A program made the translations under genes and the position numbers. From an uncultured Chloroflexia bacterium (GTDB lineage: Bacteria; Chloroflexota; Anaerolineae; CG2-30-64-16), in contig CAWEMM010000011.1 in the NCBI GenBank assembly GCA_963810095.1, forward strand, positions 256,001 through 320,000: a DNA stretch of 64,000 nucleotides, given 5' to 3'. Positions 10,012 to 20,569 of the stretch are shown here, one piece after another (position 1 is the first letter of the stretch; each line of letters starts with the position of its first letter). Under the pieces are notes generated by a model that worked only from the letters and a program-made list of their open reading frames with translations, was not told the origin of the DNA and searched no databases.

Positions 10012-11139
10012 CTACCACAGGTCTTCGGCCAGGCCCGCCAGGGTCTCGCCGTCCAGCCGGCCGATGAAGGCCGCGAGCAAGCGGGCCGTCCGGTCCAGGT
10101 CGGCCGTCGCAACCGTCTCCACCGATGAGTGCATGTAGCGAATGGGGACGCTCAGCAAGCCAGTGGGGATGCCCTCCTGGCTCACCTGGATGGCCCAGGC
10201 ATCCGTGCCGGTCGGGCCATACATCGGCTCCACCTGGTAGGGGATTTCGAGCGCATCCGCCGCCTCCTTCAGGCGCTTCACGACGCCCGGGTGCAGGTTC
10301 GGTCCGATGCCAATGGTCGGCCCACGATCCATTGCGTAAGTCTCGTCCTCACTCACCCCCGGCGTATTCCCGAAAGTCACGTCGAGCGCGATGGCGACGT
10401 CGGGCGCCACCCCGAACGCAGCGGTGGTTGCGCCCCGCAACCCGATCTCCTCCTGGACCGTAGCAACAGCCAGTACGTCCCATGGGTGCTGCATCTGTGC
10501 GAGATACCCCAGCGCGCCGAGCATGATCGCGACGCTGGCCCGGTTGTCCAGCGCCTTCGTGGCGATCCGGCCGTCCAGCAGCTCCGTGGCCGGCCCGCGC
10601 CAGACTGCCCGGTCACCGACACGGACGAGCCCGCCGTCGAGAAAGCCGGGCGGCAGCCCAAGGTCGATGCGCAGATCGGTGCATCGGGATGACCTTGTGC
10701 CGCTCCTCCTCCGTCAGCAGGTGGGGCGGGCGGCTGCCAATATAGCCGGGCAAGCCATCTGGATAAGCGTCGGCGCCGGGGCCTGACGGATAGACGGTTA
10801 CTTCCTGGCCCAGGGCAGAGCGGGGATCGACCCCGCCGACGCGGGTCACGTGGAGGAACCCGCGGTCTACCTTGGTGACGACCAGGCCGATCTCGTCCAT
10901 GTGCGCCGCGATCATCACGCGTCCGGGCGCATTTGAGACCTCGCTTGTCGGGCCGGCGCCGCCCCGCGCACCCCTTGCGGCGCGCGCGCGATCAGGTTCC
11001 CGAGCGCGTCGGTGCGCAGGTCTGCGACGGTGTCTTCCGCCAGGCTGCGCACGAGCCCGGCCACCTTCGTCTCGGCGCCAGACGGGCCGTCGATCGCGCA
11101 CAGCTGTTTCAAAATGTCTGTGATCCGCGCTTTGTCCAT
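10012..11139 (-). CDS. M42 family metallo-aminopeptidase (paralog 1, frameshifted)
   Basis: MDKARITDILKQL..GPSGAE, AAHMDEIG, QEEIGLRG, GTDAW and RYMHS spread across frames. Confidence 0.88.
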
Positions 11140-11338
11140 GCAGCGTATCCTTTGGAAGGGGGCTGACTGCGGTTTCCGGCCAACAGCCGCAGGATTGTAC
11201 CCCGCGCTCATTTGTCCGTCAAACGTCCCTTGGCTGGACGATGTACCGAGACAGGGTCGCACACAGACTTCTGTGAACTTTGGGACCGCGCGCGTCGCCC
11301 GCGACGCCACTGGCGCGGTCAGCGAAAGTCCTGGGGAC

Positions 11339-11368
11339 TTGACGCTATGTCAACAAAACGGTTAAAAT
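11339..11368 (+). promoter_or_regulatory. Sigma70-type promoter
   Basis: TTGACG-N18-TAAAAT upstream of the ATG at 11414. Confidence 0.5.
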
Positions 11369-11413
11369 AGTCTTGTCCGGATTCAAGAAGGAGCGGCTGA
11401 CCCGAGAAGCTTT

Positions 11414-13752
11414 ATGACCACAACTACAACAACCATCCCCGTGCAGCACGTGGAGGCACCCCCGGCGAACACGCCCGCCGAACGTCTCGCCCGTGGCGGC
11501 GGCTGGTGGACCTTAGTCCTCGCCCTGATCATGCTCCTTGCCGTTACAGAAAGCCTGAATGCGGCCGCCTGGAGCGAGGGGCTGGAGGTCGTTCGATTGG
11601 CGGTGCTGGGCGGCGCGCTGCTCAGCTTCATGTTGGCACTGACACGCTGGGATGGCCCGTTTCCCGTCGTTTATGGCATCCTCGCCAGCATTGTCTGGAT
11701 TGCCACCCTGTTCACACAGCTCGTCTTTCAGCACCTGGGCTGGCGCGAGGGTGCGCTCGAGCTCTTCCAACGGAATGTAAACTGGGTTCGGGCGCTCATG
11801 GAGGGCACCTCGGGCGCGGACAACCTGATCTTCGTAACCCAGCTCAGTTTTCTCGGGTGGTGGATCGGCTACCTCGCAATCTGGAGCCTGTTCCGGCACC
11901 AGCGCCTGCTCAGCGCCATCATTCCTGCGGGCGTCGCATTGGTCGTCAACGCCTACTACTCGACGAGTAGCATGACCGGGTACCTGGTTCTGTATGCGGG
12001 GGCGGTCCTCATGCTGGCCATCCGCGTCGAGTTGGCGCGCAACGAGACGCGGTGGCAGATGACGCGCGTCCGGTATGCGCCGGACATTACCCTGGACTTC
12101 CTCAAGGCGGGGGCGGCGTTCAGCGCGCTCGTGCTGATCCTGGCCTGGTCGCTGCCCGACGTCAGCCAGAGCCTGACGGTCGAGCGCATCATGCGTCCGT
12201 TCGAGGCGCCGTGGCACCGGGTCGAAGACACGTGGAACCGGATGTACAAGTCGCTCAACTACTCGCGCTCGGCGGCTTCGGTCGCCTCGTTCGGGAAATC
12301 GATGAGCTTCGGCGGCCCGGTGAGCCTGACCGACCGGCCGATCTTCGATGCTCAGACCCCCGAGCGCAATTACTGGCGGGCGGCAGTCTATGACGAATAC
12401 ACGAGCGATGGCTGGCAGAACACCGCCGCTGACGTCGCCGTCGTAGACAGCAATGAGGCATTGCGCGAGCCGCTCGCCCGGCGACGACCCAGATCACGAC
12501 CACCGTTTACCCGCTGGAGCAGGGGCAAGAGCTGATCTTTGCGCCCCCCCAGCCGCTGCGGGTGAGTATCCCCGTCAACGCCGACCTGCGGCTGGTGCCA
12601 AATCCGGGTAAGCCGAACGAGCCACTGCGCTCGATCTCGCTGCTGCGGAGCCGGGTGCGGGTGGACGCCCAGACCGGTTACCAGGTCGTGTCGGCCGTCA
12701 GCGACGCGTCGCCCGACAAGCTGCGCGCGGACAGCACGGACTATCCCGAGTGGATCAAGCAACAGTACCTCCAACTGCCCGACAGCGTGTCGGCGCGGGT
12801 GAAGGACCTGGCAGCCAAGACCGTGGCGAACGTGGACAACCCGTATGACAAGGCCGACGCGATCGAGTCGCTTTTGCGGACATACACGTACAACCAGGGC
12901 ATCGCCGCCCCGCCGGCCGGCCAGGATGGGGTCGACTACTTCCTGTTTGACGTGAAGGAAGGGTACTGCGACTACTACGCCAGCGCGATGGTGGTGATGC
13001 TGCGCTCGGTGGGGGTGCCGGCCAGGTTCGCCGTGGGGTATACGCCTGGGCAGTTGAAGCAGCAGAACGAACAGAACGACGAGGCCCCGCTCTACCGCGT
13101 GCTCGAACGCAACGCGCACGCTTGGCCCGAGGTGTACTTCCCCGCTTACGGCTGGATCCAGTTCGAGCCCACCGCGTCCGAGCCGCTGATCTCCCGGCCC
13201 GCGCCCGAGATTCAGGACAAGCTCGACGCCGGCTTGGTGCCCGACCCGGGCCAGCAGGCGCACAATACCGAAGAGGACATGCCCAACGTGCCGGAAGGCC
13301 AAATGCCGGCCAACATCCAGACGCCCAGCGCGTTCGTAAACTGGCTGCGCGGGAACTGGGGCTGGTTAGCGGCCTTGGTGGTCGTTGGTGCGGGAGCCAT
13401 TGCGGCGTGGCGTTACCTGAAGTGGCGGCAAATTGACCTGTTCCGCGATTCGCAGGTGCTTGGCCGGTTGTTCGGGCTGCTCGGCCTGTGGGCCCAGCGC
13501 CTGCACGTGCCGTGGCGGGCCAGCCAGACGCCGCTGGAGCGGGCCGCCGAGTTCAACGCCCGCCTGCCCGAGGCAGCGCCGGCCGTCGACACCATTGCGA
13601 CCCTCTTCATCGCCCAGCAGTACGGTCGCCAGGACCCGCCGCCGGATTCAATCCAGCACCTTGCGCGTTACTGGCAGCAACTGCAGCCGCGGCTGTGGCG
13701 GCAGTGGGTGGTGGCCCAGGTGCGGGGGCCGGGCCGCCAGGCCGATAAGTAA
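11414..13752 (+). CDS. Transglutaminase domain membrane protein (TgpA/DUF3488, frameshift near 12480)
   Basis: Multi-TM N-terminus; YWRAAVYD; GYCDYYASAMVVMLRSVGVPARFAVGY; NAHAWPEVYFPAYGWIQFEPT; DUF4129-like tail. Confidence 0.9.
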
Positions 13753-13765
13753 GGTGGACGCCTAA

Positions 13766-13837
13766 GCACAAAGACACCAGGACACAGAGAACCGCGAAGC
13801 ACGTTCTTCGAGGTTCTCGTGTCCTGGTGTCTTCGCG
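13766..13837. repeat. ACACRAAG-unit palindrome (family copy 2) between convergent genes
   Basis: AAGACACCAGGACACAGAGAACC...GGTTCTCGTGTCCTGGTGTCTT. Confidence 0.7.
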
Positions 13838-13850
13838 ACGAGGTAACCTA

Positions 13851-14591
13851 CTACTGCCCCTTCAGCGTCTTAAGTTGCTTGCGCGCCTCGTCCATGGCCG
13901 TCGGGTCCTGTGCGGTGCCCAGCGCCAGGAACTTTTCGAACGCAGCAATGGCTTCCGCCTTCTTCCCCTGCAGGTTGTACAGCGCACCCAGCCCGTAATA
14001 CACCTCGGCGAGTCCGGGCTGCGCGGCCTTGGCCCGGTTCAGGAGGGTTTCGGCGTCCGACAGCTGGTTGTTCTGGATGTGCACCGCGGCCAACAAGTAG
14101 AGCGTGGGAGCATCATCCGGCTTCAACTTCAGAGCCGCGTTGAACTCGTCCTCCGCCTTCTTCATCTGGCCCTGCTGGTAGTACACCACGCCCAGGTTCG
14201 AGTGTGCAGAGGTGAGGTTAGGGTCGACGGCGAGCGCAGCCCGGTAGGCCGTTTCCGCCTCCGCCAGCCGGCCCTGCCGGAAGTAGACGTTGCCGAGGCC
14301 AAACTGGGCCTGGGCCGAGTTTCGGTCTGCGGCCGCGGCCTGTTTGAACAATCGCTCGGCGTCGGGCATTCTTCCCGCATCCAGCGCCACCTGCCCCTGC
14401 TTGACGAGGTCTTGGGCATTCCCCACCGGCATGGGGGTGCCCGCCCGCTGCGGCGGCAGCACGGTGGGCGCCGTCGAGCCGGCGGCTGGCCGCGTTTCGG
14501 GCGCGCCCGCCCCGCACGCCCCAAGCACAATGATCACCACCGTCATGACAATGAGGAGGGTCGCCCGCCTCCCCCGTATCACTCCATTCAT
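13851..14591 (-). CDS. TPR-repeat lipoprotein
   Basis: Lipobox LGAC after a hydrophobic stretch; about 5 TPR repeats (AQFGLGNVY, AHSNLGVVY, VYYGLGALY). Confidence 0.88.
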   Translation of the reverse strand: MNGVIRGRRATLLIVMTVVIIVLGACGAGAPETRPAAGSTAPTVLPPQRAGTPMPVGNAQDLVKQGQVALDAGRMPDAERLFKQAAAADRNSAQAQFGLGNVYFRQGRLAEAETAYRAALAVDPNLTSAHSNLGVVYYQQGQMKKAEDEFNAALKLKPDDAPTLYLLAAVHIQNNQLSDAETLLNRAKAAQPGLAEVYYGLGALYNLQGKKAEAIAAFEKFLALGTAQDPTAMDEARKQLKTLKGQ

Positions 14592-14626
14592 AGCCTGCCC
14601 CTGCTCAATGCTACCCCTGCTCGATG

Positions 14627-15271
14627 CTACGCCTGTTTGCACTCGAGCACGATCACTTGCGTCTGCTCGGGCAGTGCGCTGCGGCTGACTCGCAGCGACT
14701 CCTGCGGCTCGTGTTCGGTCACGCCCATTTCCTTGAGGAACTTCGCCAGGGGGTCGAGCTTGAGCGTCGTGTACTGCGTGAGGTAGTGCATCGGTACGAC
14801 GATGCGCGGCTCGAGCTGAGCAATGACCTCGGCAGCCTTATCCGCGTCCAGGGCGCCGCCGCCCCCTACTGGCACCAGGAGCACGTCGACGTCGGGCATG
14901 GATTCTACCTGCGCCTGCGTCAGCACCTTGCTCAGGTCGCCCAGGTGGCACACCGTCATCTCGCCAAACTCGAACACAAAAACCGTGTTCTCTTCCTTCG
15001 CCTCGCCCTTAACGGCCGAACCACGCCAGGTCTGGATGCCCGTTACGAAGACGCCCTTGATCTCGTACTCTCCCGGCCGCGTCAAAACTTTCGGATCGCC
15101 CTTCACCCCCGCGCCGTTCGAATGGCCCGGCGCGTCGTGGCTGATCGTCACGAAGTCGGCCCGCAGCTTGGGCACCGAGTAGCCGATGCTCTTGTCATAC
15201 GGGTCCGTGACGACTGTCACGGCGCCCTCTTTGATGCGGAAACAAGACTGGCCAAACCAATCAATATCCAC
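14627..15271 (-). CDS. MBL-fold metallo-hydrolase (Lactamase_B_3-like)
   Basis: WFGQSCF, TDPY, TISHDAPGH, HLGDL and VPMHY motifs. Confidence 0.88.
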   Translation of the reverse strand: MDIDWFGQSCFRIKEGAVTVVTDPYDKSIGYSVPKLRADFVTISHDAPGHSNGAGVKGDPKVLTRPGEYEIKGVFVTGIQTWRGSAVKGEAKEENTVFVFEFGEMTVCHLGDLSKVLTQAQVESMPDVDVLLVPVGGGGALDADKAAEVIAQLEPRIVVPMHYLTQYTTLKLDPLAKFLKEMGVTEHEPQESLRVSRSALPEQTQVIVLECKQA

Positions 15272-15424
15272 TAGGATTGCTCCCTTCTTTCGGTGTTACG
15301 GGTTGATTATACCCGTGAGGGGTCACTTTGGACAAGGCTTCACCGCCCTCGTCCCAACCGCCCCCGGCTGAGGCCGGCAGCGCTCAGACCGACGGCATTG
15401 CCACGACGAATGATTTTTGGGGTC

Positions 15425-15453
15425 TGGACAACGAAAAGAATATAGTGTATAGT
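15425..15453 (+). promoter_or_regulatory. Sigma70-type promoter; a divergent promoter (TTGTCC..TATAAT) lies on the minus strand at 15306-15335
   Basis: TGGACA-N17-TATAGT in an AT-rich intergenic region, AAAGGAG SD before the ATG at 15508. Confidence 0.55.
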
Positions 15454-15507
15454 AGTCAACAGGTAAATATTGCTGTGGTTTTGCACAGCCAGGCTAAAGG
15501 AGCGCCC

Positions 15508-17914
15508 ATGGCGAGGCCTTTGAACGACTCACCCTACCTGTACGGACTGCATGACCCGGGCGGCGAGCAGTTGATGGCCCAGGCCGGCGCGCGTGGCTGG
15601 ATCCTGTTCACGGAGGAGTTGGGCGCCGATCCCAACAACCGCCGCGGCGTGGACTACAGCCGCTGGGCGAACGACGGCTTTGGCATCATCGTCCGGCTGA
15701 ACCACGGCTACGAGCCGAACGGCACCTTGCCGCGCGCCAGCCGCTACCGGGACTTCAGCCGCCGGGTAGCGAACTTCGTCGCGGGCTCGGCCGGCTGCCA
15801 CATCTGGATTATCGGCAACGAGATGAACTTCTCCGTCGAGCGCCCGGGCGGCGAGGCGATCCTGCCGAAAATGTACGCCTCGTGCTACACGCTCTGCCGC
15901 AACGCCATCAAGGCACTCGCTGGCCACGGCGCGGACCAGGTGATTACGGGCGCGGTGGCGCCGTGGAACGTGCAGACCGCGTACGATGGCAATCCGTCGG
16001 GTGATTGGGTGCGATACCAATCGGACCTATTGAGCGAGTTAGGGCCCTTGGGGTGTGACGGGATCGCCATTCACGCCTACACCCACGGCTCGGATCCCAG
16101 CCTGATCCACACGGACCGCTACATGGATCCCCCCTTCGCCAACCGGCAGTACAACTTCCGGGTCTACCAGGACCTGATGCAGGGCATCCCGCTCGCCATG
16201 CGCCACTTGCCGGTCTACCTCACGGAGGTGGATCAGAACGACGCGTGGCAGAACGTGAACCGAGGCTGGATCCAGCGGGCTTACGGGGAAATCGACTGGT
16301 GGAACCGCCAGCCGGAGACCCAAGTCATCCGCGCCGTGATCCTTTACCGCTGGCCCAACATCGACCGGTGGGGGCTCGAAGGGAAGACTGCGCTGTACGA
16401 GGACTTTCGGCAGGCAATGTCACACAAATACAACTGGGAGGCCGCGATGACCAGCAAGCCGTCCGCCCCGCCGCCGAGTGCAGGCGGCGTTGCTCAGCCC
16501 GAATTTGTCGATATCACCAACCAGTTGTCGCGCGATCCCGGCGGCTTCGTAAAGCGCACGCGCGGCGACATCAAGACGATCGTCATCAACCACACGGGCG
16601 TGCGCCCCGAGATCGGCGCGGACCGGGTGGCCACCGCGCAGCGACAGCGCTGGCCCGGCATCCTGAGCCAGTTCTTTATCACTGGCGACGGCAAAATCCA
16701 GCGCACCGAACCTGACCTCGAGGCTGTGAGTAAGGACCAGGCGTGGATCTTCAACGGCCTCAACATCTATGTCGCAGGCAATTTCGACGCCACGGTGCCA
16801 AGCGACGGGCAGATGGCCGCGCTGGCCCACCTGTGTGCGTGGCTGCTCGACCAGTACGACTTGAAGGCCGACGCCTTGAAGGGCGTCAGCGAGTTTATCG
16901 AGACCCATTCGCCCGGCCTGCAGTGGCTGACCGGCGCCCGGTGGAAGGACAAGCTCATGACACTCATCGCCGCCGTGCCGGGCTCGCCCACGGGTTCGGA
17001 CGACCAGTTGGTCCAGCAGCTGCGGGCCGAGATCACGCAGGCTTAACACCCAGGTGCAGACGCTGACCGCGCAGGTGGGCGCTCTCACGGACCAGGCGAA
17101 CCAACTCGTCACGGATAAGGCCGCGCTGGCTAAGGAGCTTGACGCACTGAAGGCGGCGAACGCCGCGCTCCTGCTGCAGGTCAAGAACCTGACAGACGCC
17201 AACGCCAGCCTGAAGGCGCAGCTCAAGACAGCAGACACCGAAAAGCAGGCGCTGCAGAAACGGATTGCGGAGCTGGAGGCGAAAATCGCGGAGCTGACCG
17301 GGGGCAGCAGCCAGGTTGCCGCGCCGCCCATCCGCAACGTCGTAGACACCCTGCCCAAGCATCCCACCGACCGGTACGCCACGCGTACCCTCGACAAGAT
17401 CACCGCGCTTGCCATCCATCACAGCGCCGCGGCGGGAGACATCCCGCCCCAGAATGTCGCCGCCTACCATGTGCGCCGTGATTGGCCCGGCATGGGGTAT
17501 CACTTCTACATCATGGGTGACGGGACGATCTACCAGTGCAATAACCTGGAATCGATCTCATACCATTCGGGCTACGCCAACACCTATTCGGTGGGCATCT
17601 GCCTCGCGGGGCGCTTCATGGACGGCGCACTGCCGCCCGACAAGCAGCTTGCGGCGGCCACACAGCTCGTGGCGTACCTTTCGAAGAAGCTCAACGTGAA
17701 GCTCGAAAACGTCAAGGGACACAAGGAACTGCCCCAGACGCAGACGGCCTGTCCGGGCGCGGACTGGATCACCGGACAGCGCTGGAAGGATAGGTTCCTC
17801 GCACAGGTCAGAGTCCAGGCTCGGCTAGTTGGGCCACCCCACGCCTGGTTCCTGCGGGCGGGCGAACTGCCTGGGAGGAACCAGGCGTTTGCGCGCCTAC
17901 TGCCCGAGGAGTAA
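15508..17914 (+). CDS. Glycoside hydrolase-like TIM barrel + degenerate Amidase_2 + coiled coil + N-acetylmuramoyl-L-alanine amidase (frameshift near 17040)
   Basis: IIGNEMN, DGIAIHAY and VYLTE (clan GH-A-like); second amidase domain AIHHSA, GYHFYI, GHKE, TACPG; heptad region spans the frameshift. Confidence 0.8.
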
Positions 17915-18046
17915 GATGCAGTAAACAGACAGGGGCGAGACCGTGAGCGCCGGGCCGAGCCGTTTGGCGTCGTGGAGTGGGGTGGTACGGGCGAACCAAG
18001 AAGCTGGCTAATGGCGATGGATGGGGTGGACAGGAGGTGGGCGAAG

Positions 18047-18532
18047 ATGACTGAGTTTGCGACGATCGGCGTGTATGGTTGGGATGAGCACCGGTTCTTC
18101 GATGCGATCCGGGCTGCCGGCGTCGACCTGTTGGTCGATATCCGCCGGCGCAGGGGCGTGCGCGGGTCGGAGTACACGTTTGCCAACAGCGCGCGCCTTC
18201 AAGCGACGCTCGCCGAGCTCGGCATTTGTTACCTGCACCGGATAGACCTGTCGCCGTCTGACGCGGTCCGCAAGGCCCAGGGCCAGGTGGACCAGGAAGA
18301 ACACGTGGCGCGGCGCCATCGTGCGGAACTGAGCGACGCGTTCAAGCAAGCCTATCGGAAAGAGGTATTGGACCACTTTGACAGCCGGCAGTTCGTGGCC
18401 GAGCTTGGGCCCGAGACCAAGTGCGCCGTGCTGCTCTGCGTCGAGAGCGAGCCGTCCGCGTGCCACCGCGGGCTGCTCGCCGAGCGGTTGGAGCAAGACC
18501 TCGGCGTCAAAGTCACGCATCTGACGCCCTGA
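18047..18532 (+). CDS. DUF488 family protein
   Basis: TIGVYG, LLVDIR and LLCVESEPSACHR motifs; AGGAGG SD. Confidence 0.85.
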   Translation: MTEFATIGVYGWDEHRFFDAIRAAGVDLLVDIRRRRGVRGSEYTFANSARLQATLAELGICYLHRIDLSPSDAVRKAQGQVDQEEHVARRHRAELSDAFKQAYRKEVLDHFDSRQFVAELGPETKCAVLLCVESEPSACHRGLLAERLEQDLGVKVTHLTP

Positions 18533-18543
18533 ACCGATTTGAT

Positions 18544-18636
18544 ATAGGACGCCGATACAACTGATTTAGCTGATCCGGACCGTCCTTTGGTAAATGATCG
18601 TGATCATCGGTCCGATCCGTTCAATCAGTGTCCTAT
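18544..18636. repeat. Imperfect palindrome of 9-bp-period CTGAT/ATCAG units (family copy 1)
   Basis: ATAGGACGCCGATACAACTGATTTAGCTGAT...ATCGGTCCGATCCGTTCAATCAGTGTCCTAT. Confidence 0.7.
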
Positions 18637-18709
18637 TTCGCCCCCCGAGGCATCTTCGCAACCGGCAGCAGGCCCATCCGTATTATCGAGCAGGACGGGA
18701 CGATGTGTC

Positions 18710-20485
18710 ATGTCCGGTTACGTAGCGCACCACGCGGGCAAGGCCCGCGGCCCACAGACTGCAGGAATGTCAGCGGCAATGAAAGAAGATAGCGAATTCG
18801 CAGAACTGGCGCCCTGGCTGGTGCTGGTCGTTACGCTGATCGGTGCCGTGGTGCGCGTCTTGCTGCTCGGTGGCAAGGGGATGTGGCTCGACGAAACGTT
18901 CAGCGTCTGGCTGGCCAACCACCCTCTTGGCGATCTGCTCCACTGGACCGCCACGATTGACCAGCATCCGCCCCTCTACTATCTGCTGCTCCACTACTGG
19001 ATGGCGCTTACCGGCGACTCGCCGTCCGACGTCCGCCTGCTCTCCGTCGTGTTTGGCACGGCGACGATCCCGGTTATCTACCTGATCGGCAAACGCATGT
19101 CGGGCGCAGTCGTGGGAGTTGCCGCGGCCGTTCTACTCGCCTTCTCTCCCTTCAACATCCGCTTCGCGGAGGAAACGCGCATGTATACCCTCCTGACCTT
19201 CAATGCGGCGGTCGCGATGTACGCCCTGGTCAGGCTGCTGACCGATCCCCGAGCGACAAGCCCCATTGGCAGCCAGTTCCGGGAATACGTGCGCGCCTGG
19301 CGCACCGCCGGGCCCGTGGAACCCGCCGGCGAAAAGAACTTCAGCTACAGGGAAGCCGGCCGAACTCAGACTGGCTGGCGGGGCTGGGTCGGCCGTCACA
19401 CGTGGTCGCCCATCCAGACCGTCGAGACCGATCTGGCGTGGATTGCCTTCGTTGCCTTCTCGGCCACGACCATGCTCACCCACAACACGGCGGTCTTTTT
19501 CGTCCTGGCCACAAACGTCTTCGTGCTCGGCCTGCTGCTCTACCGGCGGCCTAGAAGAGCGGGGGCGCCGTCACAAATCAGCTCGCCCGCGTTCCGGGCG
19601 CCGTCCCTGGGAAACTGGGTGAAGGCACAAATTGCCATCCTGGTCTTGTGGAGCCCCTGGCTGGTGGCCTTCACCAGGCAGGCCACGGGCGTCTACCGTG
19701 AGTTCTGGATTCCGGCGCCGGACTGGGACGTCCTTGTCCAGGCGGTGCAGTCCTTGCTGAATGCTTCGACGCCGGTACCGGGCCAGGCGAACGAGCTGGC
19801 GTTCGTGTGGGCTCTGTTCGCGCTGGTGCTCGTTCTGGGCGTGCTGTACTTCCGGAAGCATGCCTCACAGTTCATGTTCCTCGCCGCCCTGATCGCCACC
19901 CCGATCGTGGGCGAGTTGGTCGTGAGCCTGCGCCGGCCGATCTTCTACGATCGAACCCTGATCTGGGTGTCGATCCCACTGCTGCTGTGGCTGGGGGCCG
20001 GCATTGCCCAACTGAGATTTCGTCCCCTCATGATCCTGGCGCTGGTGATTCTCGGATCACTCAACGTGTTCTCCGCCAGCGACTATTTCCGATTCATGCA
20101 AAAGGAAAACTGGAGCGACGCGGCGGGCTATGTGGCCAATTTTGCGCAGAAGGATGACCTGGTCCTGTTCAATGCCGGTTGGGTGCAAATCCCGTTCGAC
20201 TACTACTTCCAGGACTTCGAAGCGCAGTACGGTGTCCAGGTGGAGAAACGTGGGGCGCCTGCCGATATGTTCGAGCGGGGGGTTCTGGAGCCCAAGATGA
20301 CAGAGAGCGACGTCCCCAGGCTTGCCGCCTTACTGAACGGGCGCAAGCGCGCTTGGCTGGTCTACAGCCACAATTCCTATACCGATCCAGAGGGATTAGT
20401 CCCGCAAACCCTGGCTGCGACCATGAAGCTGACGCAACAGCGCCCGTTTTATGGGGGGCAGGTTCAACTGTACGAGGCGCCCTGA
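18710..20485 (+). CDS. GT-C fold glycosyltransferase (family 39/PMT-like); start uncertain
   Basis: MWLDETFS, DQHPPLYYLLLH and EETRMYTL motifs; many TM helices. Confidence 0.88.
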   Translation: MSGYVAHHAGKARGPQTAGMSAAMKEDSEFAELAPWLVLVVTLIGAVVRVLLLGGKGMWLDETFSVWLANHPLGDLLHWTATIDQHPPLYYLLLHYWMALTGDSPSDVRLLSVVFGTATIPVIYLIGKRMSGAVVGVAAAVLLAFSPFNIRFAEETRMYTLLTFNAAVAMYALVRLLTDPRATSPIGSQFREYVRAWRTAGPVEPAGEKNFSYREAGRTQTGWRGWVGRHTWSPIQTVETDLAWIAFVAFSATTMLTHNTAVFFVLATNVFVLGLLLYRRPRRAGAPSQISSPAFRAPSLGNWVKAQIAILVLWSPWLVAFTRQATGVYREFWIPAPDWDVLVQAVQSLLNASTPVPGQANELAFVWALFALVLVLGVLYFRKHASQFMFLAALIATPIVGELVVSLRRPIFYDRTLIWVSIPLLLWLGAGIAQLRFRPLMILALVILGSLNVFSASDYFRFMQKENWSDAAGYVANFAQKDDLVLFNAGWVQIPFDYYFQDFEAQYGVQVEKRGAPADMFERGVLEPKMTESDVPRLAALLNGRKRAWLVYSHNSYTDPEGLVPQTLAATMKLTQQRPFYGGQVQLYEAP

Positions 20486-20504
20486 GCCCGTACTGCACCT
20501 TCAT

Positions 20505-20533
20505 TTGCCCGCACCCTTTCCGCCGACTATACT
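20505..20533 (+). promoter_or_regulatory. Promoter for glmS
   Basis: TTGCCC-N17-TATACT. Confidence 0.45.
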
Positions 20534-20569
20534 GTTACGCACAACATCCCACTCGACGACGAGGCGTGC

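Noticed and set aside
15508-17914. Prophage endolysin
   Set aside because: No phage structural, holin or integrase genes nearby; it has its own housekeeping-type promoter
20486-20569. glmS ribozyme
   Set aside because: The intergenic region is 84 bp and mostly promoter, too short, and no core motif was seen
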